Origin: Paramicrosporidium saccamoebae KSL3
Taxonomy: Eukaryota; Fungi; Cryptomycota
Assembly: GCA_002794465.1 (NCBI GenBank)
Contig: MTSL01000051.1
Coordinates: 1 to 31,523, forward strand
Direction of reading: 5' to 3'
Length of the DNA stretch: 31,523 bases
The notes beneath the pieces are model-generated. The model had not been told where the DNA came from. It made no database searches and was given only the letters and a program-made list of their open reading frames with translations. How positions within the stretch are numbered: position 1 is the stretch's first letter; every line of letters starts with the position of its first letter. The position numbers were made by a program, and so were the translations under genes. Shown piece by piece: positions 18,796-27,990 of the stretch.

Positions 18796-20424
18796 TTACT
18801 TTTGAGTCTCCTGTGTGGAGGCTGTCTCAGCCGCCGTAGATGCAGCGTTTTCAGTTTCAGTGGTAGCAGATGGTGCAGATGCGGTAGAGGATGCCGATGG
18901 CGCAACCTCCGTCTCGACAGAGGTAGACAATGGAACACCTACCTCGGTGTCAGCATATGGGGAATTGCCAAACAATGAATTGTTGCTTATTCCTCCCTGT
19001 TGGGGAGATGTAATTTGGATAGGCATGAAACCTCCAGTCTGAGGCGGAAGAGAGAGCCCATATTGTGGTCCCATGTTATTCTGAAGAGAAAGTCCGGTCT
19101 GCCATCCAGATTGCTGTCCAGTATTCCCCGGAAGCGCAAGTCCAAGTTGCTGTCCATTACTTACCAGAGGAACGAACCCGAGCTGTTGCCCCGCATTAGC
19201 TTGAGATGAAGGAGCAAATTGTTGCCCAGTTTGTCCCAGAGGAGTTGATTGTTGTCCAGCATTTCTTAGCGGGGTGAATTGTTGTCCAGCATTGCCTAGC
19301 GGGATGAGTTGTTGTCCAGTGTTTCCTAGGGGCGCATACTGTTGCCCAGTGTTTCCTAGAGGCGCAGATTGTTGTCCAGTATTTCCTAGGGACGCATACT
19401 GTTGCCCAGTATTTCCTAGGGGTGCATACTGTTGTCCAGATCCAATCTGCATAGGAAGAGACAGTCCAGACTGCTGCCCCGCATTAGTTTGGGGTGGAAA
19501 AGCAAGTCCTAGTGGCTGTCCAGCCCCGATCTGGGTAGGGAGAGAGAGCCCAGACTGCTGCCCAATATTTACTGGAGGAGCAAGTTGTTGTCCATTACTC
19601 GCTGAAGGAGTAAACTGCTGTCCAGTACTCGCTGGAGGAGTAAATTGTTGCCCCGTGCTTGCCGAAGGAGCATATTGTTGCCCAGTACTCGTCAGAGGAG
19701 CGAATTGTTGTCCAGTGCCCATTGGAGGAGACAGTCCCGTCTGTGCTGTATATGGTGCAGTCTGAGGAAGAGTTAATCCCATGGGGGCTGCAGTAGCTCC
19801 TATTGACGATCCGTTTTGTCCAGATGTCAGGGCCATTCCAGCATTTGAAGCCATTTGCTGAGATGGCACTGGGCGACACAATGGCAGACCATCTGGTTGA
19901 CTGGGCAGGATACCAAAGGCATTATTAGAGGATGGATTTCCAGCGCTGGCATTACCCATCTGTGGTAACTGATTTGTATAAGCTACGGCGGGATTGTAGA
20001 CCGAATTGATACCCATCGATGGGTTGTTTAGTGTGGGTTGTTGTCCTCCTGGGTTGTTGCCATACAATGAACCTGACTGGAAGGGGACTGGTGAATTAAT
20101 TGGCATTCCACCAGAGTTTACAGTCCCTGCTGGTAGGCCATTTTGTCTTGTAGACTGATTCAAAGCCATCCCAGAAGACAAATTAGGGTTCACTGCAAAT
20201 GCAGATCGGCGTGTAGGAGCTTTCATGACCGACTCTTCATAAGTGGTAGCATATCTTCTAAAGCGTCCATGGCCGTGTCTTCTAGTTGATGTAGGTTTGT
20301 CTGATGGCACTACAAATACAATCTGATTACAACGACTCGGTTTCTTTGCCGCAAGCGGAGTAGCAGGTTGTGTGCTCTGCAGTGAGAGCTGCAAGAGTGC
20401 AAATGTAATGATGCCTATCCTCAT
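18796..20424 (-). CDS. Secreted Gly/Gln/Pro-rich repeat protein (542 aa) with an acidic Thr/Ala/Glu tail
   Basis: Signal MRIGIITFALLQLSLQS from the ATG at 20424; SRCNQIVFVVP motif; about 20 GQQ-anchored repeats. Confidence 0.85.
   Translation of the reverse strand: MRIGIITFALLQLSLQSTQPATPLAAKKPSRCNQIVFVVPSDKPTSTRRHGHGRFRRYATTYEESVMKAPTRRSAFAVNPNLSSGMALNQSTRQNGLPAGTVNSGGMPINSPVPFQSGSLYGNNPGGQQPTLNNPSMGINSVYNPAVAYTNQLPQMGNASAGNPSSNNAFGILPSQPDGLPLCRPVPSQQMASNAGMALTSGQNGSSIGATAAPMGLTLPQTAPYTAQTGLSPPMGTGQQFAPLTSTGQQYAPSASTGQQFTPPASTGQQFTPSASNGQQLAPPVNIGQQSGLSLPTQIGAGQPLGLAFPPQTNAGQQSGLSLPMQIGSGQQYAPLGNTGQQYASLGNTGQQSAPLGNTGQQYAPLGNTGQQLIPLGNAGQQFTPLRNAGQQSTPLGQTGQQFAPSSQANAGQQLGFVPLVSNGQQLGLALPGNTGQQSGWQTGLSLQNNMGPQYGLSLPPQTGGFMPIQITSPQQGGISNNSLFGNSPYADTEVGVPLSTSVETEVAPSASSTASAPSATTETENAASTAAETASTQETQK
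19100..19717 (-). repeat. Coding 30-nt repeat (T/A-GQQ-Y/F-A-P-L-G-N)
   Basis: For example GQQYAPLGNT GQQYASLGNT GQQSAPLGNT GQQYAPLGNT GQQLIPLGNA. Confidence 0.9.
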
Positions 20425-20638
20425 TTCTGCTGCTACAGATCTGCAAAGGTGGCATAGTATATTAGAACTACAACCATTGGATGGCGTTGATCCATCCCAA
20501 TTACCTCTCGACATATTTGGGCCAACCTATCGGATCAGAGAACCAGTGAACAGCGTTTATTACAAAATGCAAAGCCCATGTGGACTGGAGAGGGCGAACG
20601 GAATTAGAATAATAAACCGAAGGGGTCGCCTTCCTGAT

Positions 20639-21280
20639 TTACACAATTGAGACTTTTTTGTGATGGGTCGGGTCATGCAGAATGATAGGCAGAGTTAAAA
20701 CTTTTTGAATAGGCTGAGTATCATGTCCCTGTAGAACCGATGGTTGAATCACCCACGGTTGGGCCACTAAAGGCTGAGACTGAGGTGCTTGTGGAACCGA
20801 TGGCTGGGCCACTAAAGGCTGCGCATAGGATCCCTGTGGAACCGGTGGTTGGACCACCAAGGGCTGAGCATAGGGTGCCTGTAGAGTAGGCTGCTGTGTC
20901 TCTAGGGATTGGACATAATGCTGCTGTATGATCGGATGATGAATGGCCTGCTTAGTCTGCATTGACTGTCTGGCTGCCGGATCCATCTCTGCTCCGTCCA
21001 TCTTGGGCACAAATGCGGGGTTAATATGCACATACACTACTTGTTCTCTGGGTTTCTGGCGAAGACGCTTGTCAACTTCGGTAATGGCCGTCTTGACTGC
21101 GTCCTGATAGATCGAGTGGAATGCCTTTAACATCTCAGAGCTCTGTCCGCCCCCACTGGACGGAATGGCGGGCACAGTTGATTGCGGAACTTGGGTCAAT
21201 TGAGCCTGCGCAGAAGCGGAATCAACTGGCGAGAGTACCGAAGCGTTTACAGTAAGCAGAGGGACAAGTACCCACTTCAT
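20639..21280 (-). CDS. Probably secreted Gln/Pro/Val-rich repeat protein (213 aa)
   Basis: Short signal-like MKWVLVPLLTVNA from the ATG at 21280; 15-aa repeats of the QAPYAQPLVVQPPVP type. Confidence 0.75.
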   Translation of the reverse strand: MKWVLVPLLTVNASVLSPVDSASAQAQLTQVPQSTVPAIPSSGGGQSSEMLKAFHSIYQDAVKTAITEVDKRLRQKPREQVVYVHINPAFVPKMDGAEMDPAARQSMQTKQAIHHPIIQQHYVQSLETQQPTLQAPYAQPLVVQPPVPQGSYAQPLVAQPSVPQAPQSQPLVAQPWVIQPSVLQGHDTQPIQKVLTLPIILHDPTHHKKVSIV

Positions 21281-21328
21281 GACTAATTCTCCATTCTCAT
21301 TCACAGTTGGTCACTTGTAGATCTCCGT

Positions 21329-21384
21329 ATTGGATGTGCTGGCGCTCCAGCCAATCAGTCAGGCCAATCCCAATTCCTACCAAT
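21329..21384. promoter_or_regulatory. Cluster of five CCAAT/ATTGG boxes
   Basis: ATTGG at 21329 and CCAAT at 21351, 21364, 21370 and 21380, 50-100 bp upstream of the ATG at 21280. Confidence 0.6.
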
Positions 21385-21392
21385 CGATAAAT

Positions 21393-21421
21393 CGAGAAAG
21401 CGAGAAAGCGAGAAAGCGAGA
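21393..21421. repeat. 8-bp tandem repeat (CGAGAAAG) x3.5
   Basis: cgagaaag cgagaaag cgagaaag cgaga. Confidence 0.85.
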
Positions 21422-21571
21422 CTATAAAATATTCTAAACCATTTAATATATTACATCCTCATGCTCTTGCATGCGGTACAGGCATAAAACAACAGAGTAT
21501 CGGAAATCGGGTCATCTCAGCTTTGTGGCAACATTGAATCGCCACTATCGCGTGTATTTGCACATGCGCGG

Positions 21572-22426
21572 CTATGCATGCTTACGCTTCGTTATGACAG
21601 AGGCCTCATCCCATGGTCCATGAATCTCATTCTTAAAACGCTGCAAATATACAAATATGGCCGGACACACTATCGTTCCCACTAATAAACTAACAACGTA
21701 TAATGCAAGAAAGACAGGCCCCACTGCAGCCAACATTGACCCGGCCAGAACCATCAAGATGATAGACATTAAAAGATCCAATCGATGGTCGTAAAGGAAG
21801 ACTGCTCGTCTCAGCACGGGGAACAATGCAAACCAAAGGACTGAGAGCGTCATCAGCCCAAAAACATGTGCACTACTGCTTAGTCGACTGGCCAGCATGA
21901 CACTTGCAAATATGGCCGCATTCAGGGCCACAGAGTCATCGCTGCGCGGTCCCTCGGCCATATAGTCAAAGAACAAGACATTGACCAGCAGACACAAGGA
22001 AGACAGTGCCCAGATGGTGTCATGACTTGTGTCTTCGGTGAGTGTCTTGAGGATGGGAGTCAGACCAAGGAGGACTGTCATGAAGAGAATCCCCGATTTG
22101 CCCGCCTGTTTGCTGGCCACTCGATCAGTAGAGCGACTCCATACCCACGCAATCCAGAAAAAATAGAAAACCAGCGTCACTGTATTAGAGAGCAGAATGA
22201 GGGATGCGGCTGACACCCAGGCATTGAGGAGAAACACAAAAAAGCACACAAATATCAACACACAGCTGACTTGCTGCATCACAAACAACGAATGCCGCAC
22301 CAGCCAGCCATACGTGTGTAGCTTTACCGTGCCATTCTTCTTCAGCTCCGCCAGAAACAATGTGCGCTCCACATAATTGTCGGGGAATGGTTGTCGCTCA
22401 TAGAGAATCTTTCTCCACTCGGTCAT
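21572..22426 (-). CDS. PIGC: GPI-GlcNAc transferase subunit C (PIG-C/Gpi2), 284 aa
   Basis: WRKILYERQPFPDNYV, LTPILKTLTEDTSHDTIWA, ALNAAIFASVMLASRL and KNEIHGPWDEA. ATG at 22426. Confidence 0.95.
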   Translation of the reverse strand: MTEWRKILYERQPFPDNYVERTLFLAELKKNGTVKLHTYGWLVRHSLFVMQQVSCVLIFVCFFVFLLNAWVSAASLILLSNTVTLVFYFFWIAWVWSRSTDRVASKQAGKSGILFMTVLLGLTPILKTLTEDTSHDTIWALSSLCLLVNVLFFDYMAEGPRSDDSVALNAAIFASVMLASRLSSSAHVFGLMTLSVLWFALFPVLRRAVFLYDHRLDLLMSIILMVLAGSMLAAVGPVFLALYVVSLLVGTIVCPAIFVYLQRFKNEIHGPWDEASVITKRKHA

Positions 22427-22459
22427 GCCAAAGGAGCTGCTGATTGGCCAGGGGAAACC

Positions 22460-23625
22460 ATGGCAAGTTATCATTCCTGGCTGCAGCAAGTTGTGACTCC
22501 TGTAAGTTTCTCGGGTGGTAGTGTCATTGATAGTATGTCGATCCGGGACGAGTGTTTAGGGATGTTGATGTGGTGCTCTCCACTATCCCCACCCTCCGGC
22601 CCAAAACGGACAACTTTGGTACGACCTAGCATTCTTGCTAACCACTAGTGCAATTGGGTCCCTCCCAGCTCCTCATATGTCTCTTTGGGACGCTCCAATG
22701 CGGCGTACATAACATTCCCATTGAAGTGTGGCTCCCCAAGGCGTACCCACGAGAGGCACCGTATTTGTTTATCCGGCCTTCGCCAGGAATTGCCATCCGC
22801 GCTACTCAACATATTGATCCCTCTGGCCGCGTCTTCCATCCAATGCTCAACATGTGGCGTCCAGAAAGCAGCGTGGCAGAGATATTGCGGATATTAGTAA
22901 GCTTGCTGGCTGTCGATCCACCATTTCATCCTGGCACCGGTCGGCCTGTGTATGCGTCCCAAACGATGGGTCCGATGGGAAGCTATGCTCCTCCAGCTGT
23001 AGCAAGTCCGAGGGGAAACTATGCTTCTCCGGGTGCGGCAAGTTCGGCGAGTCCAATGAGTGGTTATACTCCTTCGGTCGTGGCGAATTCGACACGAGAC
23101 TTTATATCCCCTCAAGGACCACAGAGTATCCTTCCAGATGATCTGCCCCGACTAAGGAAAATGCTGCAAGAAAAGCTTAACAGGCGATTTAATGCGCTCC
23201 AAAAGGAAGCCGCCTTGGAGAGCGATCGTATTCTGGCCGAGAATACCCAACTCTCAGAGGGAGAGAAACGCCTGGCTGGGGGACTGGCCAAGATTTTGGA
23301 GGAGACTGCCCGTATGGAAGAGGAAATTGACCTCGTCCGGTCCCAGAAGGAACGTATTCGACAGCTTGTAAATACAGAACAGTCAGAAGTGGACTATGAC
23401 ACGCTGGTCATGCCACACGGACCAATCTCTAAACAAATTATGGACGTGGTGGCAATGGATCTGGCGACACAGGACCTTATCTATACAATCTCAAAGGCCT
23501 TTAACGAGGGCAACATTACGTTAACAGTATATCTCAGACATGTCAGAGATTTGGCCAGGGAACAATTTCTTCAAAAGGCGTTGCTCGCAAAAATACGTCG
23601 CGAGTTTCCACTAATAAACAATTAA
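22460..23625 (+). CDS. VPS23: ESCRT-I subunit Vps23/TSG101, 367 aa; exons 22460-22501, 22534-22618, 22649-23625
   Basis: Introns 22502-22533 (32 nt) and 22619-22648 (30 nt, GCTAAC branch point) give MASYHSWLQQVVTPYVDPGRVFRDV..LRPKTDNFV..GTL..NIPIEVWLPKAYP (UEV domain). A Pro-rich linker, a coiled coil and the steadiness box (YLRHVRDLAREQF) follow. Confidence 0.92.
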
Positions 23626-23758
23626 TCAATCAAGGCACATATACAGTGAACTATCCCAAATAAACAATCAGCCCATCTGTAAAATGTAAAGAGAGTAGTC
23701 AGAAATGAGAAACAAAAAGACTGTCTTAGCATACTCGATCAATTTTTAAGTTCATTGG

Positions 23759-24853
23759 CTACTGTTTTTGGGCTAGTGCGGCCTGGTCCACATTTGTGAC
23801 ACATTCCCATTCACCGTCAAGCTTCTCCCGCCACATTGTAATATGATTGTCTCCGCCGGCCACGGCCAGAAGGTTCCCCGCCGGCGAGAAATTGACCCGC
23901 CACAGTGTATCCGGGAAGGGCTCAGCACTTAATGGCTTGCTCGTCCACGAGGCACCGTCGGGGCTCTTCCAGACCAGAACGGTGCGATCTTGCGAACAGC
24001 TCACCAATGTGTGACACGGCACTCCAATATTCGGCGCCCACGCCACATCACGCACCCAGTCGTTGTGTCCAGTCAGCTCATTCTCCAGCTCCCATTCCCC
24101 ATTCATCCTGCATGATTAATGCTCTAAAAATAGAATCGGTACTTCCATATTTTGATCAGATTGTCGCAGCCGCCAGTAGCAAGACGCATTTCGGCAAATA
24201 TCGGCACATCAGAGGCAGTGCCAGAGGGCATGGCGGAAAGGAGCGAGTCGGGCCGGGCCGAGGGACACCATGCCACTGCGTTGCATCCAATTTGGTGTGC
24301 ATTCCATTCCTTCACATCCCACACCGCCTCTTCTGTCTTGTAGGTCAGCACGGAAACCTTTCCATCCGACGCTGCACACGCCAGCAGCAGCCCAAAATCA
24401 TGCGGCGCCCAGGCCACCGAGTTGACACTGGACTCGTGTCCCTTGTGTTCCTTGACCTTGATCCAGGTGCCCTGCGATTCCTTCCAGATAATAACACGGC
24501 CGTCATAAGAGCAGGAGGCGAGGAGGGAGCCAAACTTGGGATGTGCCCATGCCACCTGCCACACCGGTCCCTCATGTCTGACAACGTTAGCTACATTGTG
24601 TCAAAGATACCCGGAAAGGGAACAGAGCAGCTTTTCGGGCTGGTTGGGCTCCACTTGGAAGATGCGCACGGTACGGTCGGAGGATCCCGTGGCCAGTCGT
24701 CTTCCATAATAATCCATTTGTGCGTCATGCTAAACCATGAGCTTCAATTGCCAACTATTACTATTAAATCCTCGTGTTGAGTGTCAAAAGCGACTGGTGC
24801 CAAGCTTGTTGCCATCTACAAAGCCGTTACAGCACTAAAATAGACCGCACCAT
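23759..24853 (-). CDS. SEC13: Sec13 WD40 protein (COPII/Nup84 complex); exons (24851-24853), 24762-24815, 24611-24729, 24143-24577, 23759-24107
   Basis: DTQHEDLI|[19 protein letters not shown]|[29 protein letters not shown]. Introns 24730-24761 (32), 24578-24610 (33) and 24108-24142 (35). A probable further intron 24816-24850 (35) follows an ATG-only exon; otherwise the start is 24815. Confidence 0.95.
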
Positions 24854-24918
24854 GCTGATAATTAAAGAGAAACTGAATTTTACTGAATTTTCGTTTCCTA
24901 TTGAGCAGGGAATTCCAG

Positions 24919-24953
24919 TGACGCCATGACGCAATGACGCGGTGACGCGGTGA
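24919..24953. repeat. 8-bp tandem repeat TGACGCNN x4
   Basis: tgacgcca tgacgcaa tgacgcgg tgacgcgg tga, about 65 bp upstream of SEC13. Confidence 0.8.
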
Positions 24954-25075
24954 TCCATTAACCTACGTGCACGCTTAACGAGAGTTGTTTTCATGTGGTT
25001 GTAGGGCGGATGATTTCATCTGATCATACTATACATTGTCATCTCTTCAATACGAGTTGGTTCACCCATGCGTCA

Positions 25076-25831
25076 TCACGCAGGAAAGTCAATGTTGTCA
25101 ACCAAAGATCCCTTGACATCAGGATAATAGTGCCTTTTCGGACGAAGCGGATTAGAATATATTGAGGGACGGGATTTGCGCGTCGTTGGTGCAGATGTGG
25201 GGTTACCGTACAAAAACACTGAGGCTCTAGTTTGGGTTTCTTTGGGGAGAGCCTGGTCTGATATTGGAGTTAAGAGGTTGGATGGGCTGTCTTGTGTCGT
25301 TACACCCATTGAATCTTGTTCAGGGCGAGGCCTTTCTTGAGCAAAAGAATACAACATGTCCCGGATCGCATCCATCATTCTTTCGTTTTCACTTTGTTGA
25401 TTATACTTTAATTGTTGCAGGATTCGTTGCTCAATTTGGTGAGACTGCATCCTGGACTCGTGGGCTGGCTTTTGCGACGAGTTGCGCAGAATCTGGAGGA
25501 TGCGATCAAGTTGTTGCATCACACGGGTCATCTGGGCAGAATTTTGTCCTTGTTTTGTTTGTGGGCGCTGTCCCGGTGTTTGTTGTTGTCGATTGAATAT
25601 TGGATAGCCAAACTGTACTTGAGGCCGAGCTGGCTGCATTGACTGGGGCCTCGGCTGTCTACTGGGATTCATCAGGGTCGGCTCATCAGGATAATCAGGA
25701 TAATCAGGATATGGCAGCCATTGTTGTTCGTATCCTCCTCGACGTGGTCCCACATCCCTCGGCATGTATGCACTTGCCAAGTAAATGGAAGGAATAACCA
25801 TCAGCAATAGCCTAAAGATCATCGTGTCCAT
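25076..25831 (-). CDS. Secreted Gln/Pro/Arg-rich protein with a YPD triplet repeat
   Basis: Signal M(DTM)IFRLLLMVIPSIYLASA (ATG at 25831 or 25822); YPDYPDYPDEP; Gln-rich central helix. Confidence 0.8.
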   Translation of the reverse strand: MDTMIFRLLLMVIPSIYLASAYMPRDVGPRRGGYEQQWLPYPDYPDYPDEPTLMNPSRQPRPQSMQPARPQVQFGYPIFNRQQQTPGQRPQTKQGQNSAQMTRVMQQLDRILQILRNSSQKPAHESRMQSHQIEQRILQQLKYNQQSENERMMDAIRDMLYSFAQERPRPEQDSMGVTTQDSPSNLLTPISDQALPKETQTRASVFLYGNPTSAPTTRKSRPSIYSNPLRPKRHYYPDVKGSLVDNIDFPA

Positions 25832-25977
25832 CACAATTCGGGCAACCAATTATACGACTAAAGGGCGACTTTTTATTGGAAGCATTCGGCTCCACCAATC
25901 GACTTGCAATAGTCATTCGCGATGAGTGTTTTCGTATTGCCACGGCATCGTATCTAGACAATTAATTATATTAAGGA

Positions 25978-26855
25978 ATGCTTCCAAATGCTGCTATAAA
26001 GACATGTACACTACTGATCGAGTCTTTTCAAAGCCAATCTTATTGGTGCAGGGAAACACCAATAAATGTCGGGACACTGGCTCGATCGGGCATGAGAGAG
26101 AAGACAGATGACTATCATCCGAATATAGAAGAGGAAAAGAAAATCTACGAGTCATCCAAAAACTGCAATGTACATATATGGTGACCGTATCTGATTACTG
26201 TTTATAGGAAGAGGTCAAGCTCAAAAAGAGCATTAATGCCTTGTATACGCGGGTTCTGGAATTGACAGACCAGATCCTGTCCTTGCAAGAATCACGAGTC
26301 GAACTTGCTCGCGAAAGGGAGCTGCTTACGGATCAAAATTGGACGCAGGAGAAGCAACTCTCAGTGCTCCACGAGCATTTAAACACGGCTACGCTTCGTC
26401 GACAGGACTGTTTGACGCGGATCGCCGAGCTGGAGGAGACAACATCCACATTAACAGAGTGGAATAGCTCGCTGGAGCAGCAATGCGACACACTGACCGT
26501 TTCGTTGAGGCAGTATCAACAAGTCACCGGCCAGTCAATCAAGGAACTGCAAGATGATTTGCTAACGGCGACCAAGAAGCAAATTCACCAGCAAGGAGAA
26601 GTCGATCTTCTCGATGAGGAAAATACCCTGCTGAGGAGAGCGTTGCGCGAGGCACAGGATATTCAGGATCGTCTCGTTCAAGAAAATGCGATCCTGAAAA
26701 GCAAAATGTACAACATGTGCATGTCGAGAGATACACCGCTCAGTCTACGGACTACCAGCCCGGAACTGATACCAAAGATGGAGAATGTTAAACTCGATTC
26801 TAATCTGGGAATTGGAGAAATACTTCAGCATTTGAAATTGCAAATAAGAGATTGA
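25978..26855 (+). CDS. Coiled-coil protein of unknown function; exons 25978(or 26092)-26169 and 26208-26855
   Basis: Heptad-like E/Q/L-rich ORF. A 38-nt intron 26170-26207 (GTACAT..CTGAT..TTTATAG) joins it in frame to the upstream ORF. Start codon uncertain. Confidence 0.65.
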
Positions 26856-26951
26856 TAATAGATTATGATTGGTTGGCTGCGCAATGTCCAATTATAAATG
26901 TCCTCTAATTGCTTGTCCAAATAGAGACGATCGGTGACCTGTAGAGGCAAC

Positions 26952-27719
26952 ATGGCCATGATATTCGTTTTGCTGTTGCTTGGAAACTGTAGTGCCTCTG
27001 GAACGGGCTATGGCTACGTGAGTGGATCGGGAGGTGGCTCGGGCAATTATGGATATGGGAGTAGCTATGGATCTGGATATGGAGGCGGCTATGGATCTGG
27101 ATATGGAGGCGGCTATGGAACTGGGACTGGATCTGGATATGGAGGAAGTCCGGGTAGTTATGGAGGCAACTTTGGCGGCTACGGAGGAAACTCGGGTGGA
27201 TATGGAGGTAGTAACATCGGGGTTTCCAACGGTTATGGAGGTAGTAACATGGGGATTTCCAACGGTTATGGAGGCAATAACATGGGGATTCCTAACGGAT
27301 ATGGAGGCGGAAACATAGGGGCTCCCAACGGATATGGAGAGAGTCCCGGGGGACCTGCGGATGGATACAGAGGTCCTGGCGGTTGGAACGACAACAATCC
27401 CCATGACTTTGGAATGCTTCCCAGTCAACCATTTCCAGACACTCCCGGTGGGCATGGCCAGATTGGCGCCGGTCTGGGATACGGCTATCCAGCGGTTGCA
27501 ATGAACCCATTTACCCAGCCCATCGATGTACCTCCTCCCATGCCCAGCCATCCACCCCTAATGGCGCCTAGACAAACGGGTGGATTCTTTCCACCGGTGG
27601 GAATCCCGCCAACCCCGTGGACAGGTATTGGCCGACTAGCGAAAATTGTGATGGGAACAGGTGGATGTCAACCACTTATTATTACTGACAAGAATCCCAT
27701 ACACTATTCAGACTACTAA
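26952..27719 (+). CDS. Secreted Gly/Tyr-rich repeat protein (255 aa) with a Pro-rich C-terminus
   Basis: Signal MAMIFVLLLLGNCSA; GGYGSGY repeats; 11-aa NGYGG(S/N/G)N(M/I)G(I/A)(S/P) repeats; TATAAA at 26893 and CCAAT/ATTGG at 26868 and 26888. Confidence 0.88.
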   Translation: MAMIFVLLLLGNCSASGTGYGYVSGSGGGSGNYGYGSSYGSGYGGGYGSGYGGGYGTGTGSGYGGSPGSYGGNFGGYGGNSGGYGGSNIGVSNGYGGSNMGISNGYGGNNMGIPNGYGGGNIGAPNGYGESPGGPADGYRGPGGWNDNNPHDFGMLPSQPFPDTPGGHGQIGAGLGYGYPAVAMNPFTQPIDVPPPMPSHPPLMAPRQTGGFFPPVGIPPTPWTGIGRLAKIVMGTGGCQPLIITDKNPIHYSDY

Positions 27720-27990
27720 AACATGCAAATAAGACAATATCCGCTGGTGTTCCCAATCGAGATGGCAATCCCCCTGGGGAGGGCTGTTTAGAAATGCGTC
27801 ACGTCTCTTAATAAAGTTGAACAACAGTATATTTTGGAAGAATTCAATAATGTGTGTCGTATTGAAGATTGATTGGTCTCCACAATGGCTTCCTATCCCA
27901 AACATATGGATCGTTTTCCATAGGACCTTATTCGAACATCCAATCAAGAGGTCAAGGGATATAAATGCACATCATACATTCTCGTCGAAA

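Noticed and set aside
19274-19765. Cys-rich ORF with (CCPVFPRGAY)n repeats resembling keratin-associated or metal-binding proteins
   Set aside because: It is the antisense shadow of the GQQ repeats (GGA CAA CAA reads TGT TGT CC on the other strand). It has no signal peptide or promoter, and the minus-strand gene is the coherent one.
21423-21571. Plus-strand TATAAA at 21423 suggesting an unannotated small transcript
   Set aside because: No ORF, snoRNA boxes or tRNA fold found downstream; it more likely belongs to the AT-rich PIG-C 3' region.
23905-24780. 291-aa plus-strand ORF antisense to SEC13, and other long antisense ORFs (9298-9822, 28706-29251, 30516-30965)
   Set aside because: No recognisable domains; they lie opposite conserved genes and are explained as shadow frames.
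25690-25720. YPDYPDYPD resembling an HA epitope tag
   Set aside because: It is a natural 9-bp triplet repeat, not YPYDVPDYA, and there is no vector sequence nearby.
26892-27551. Ser/Ile-rich antisense ORF and the alternative-frame MDMEV/DLDMEAA ORF over the Gly-rich gene
   Set aside because: These are stop-free shadows of the GGN/TAY-rich repeat sequence.
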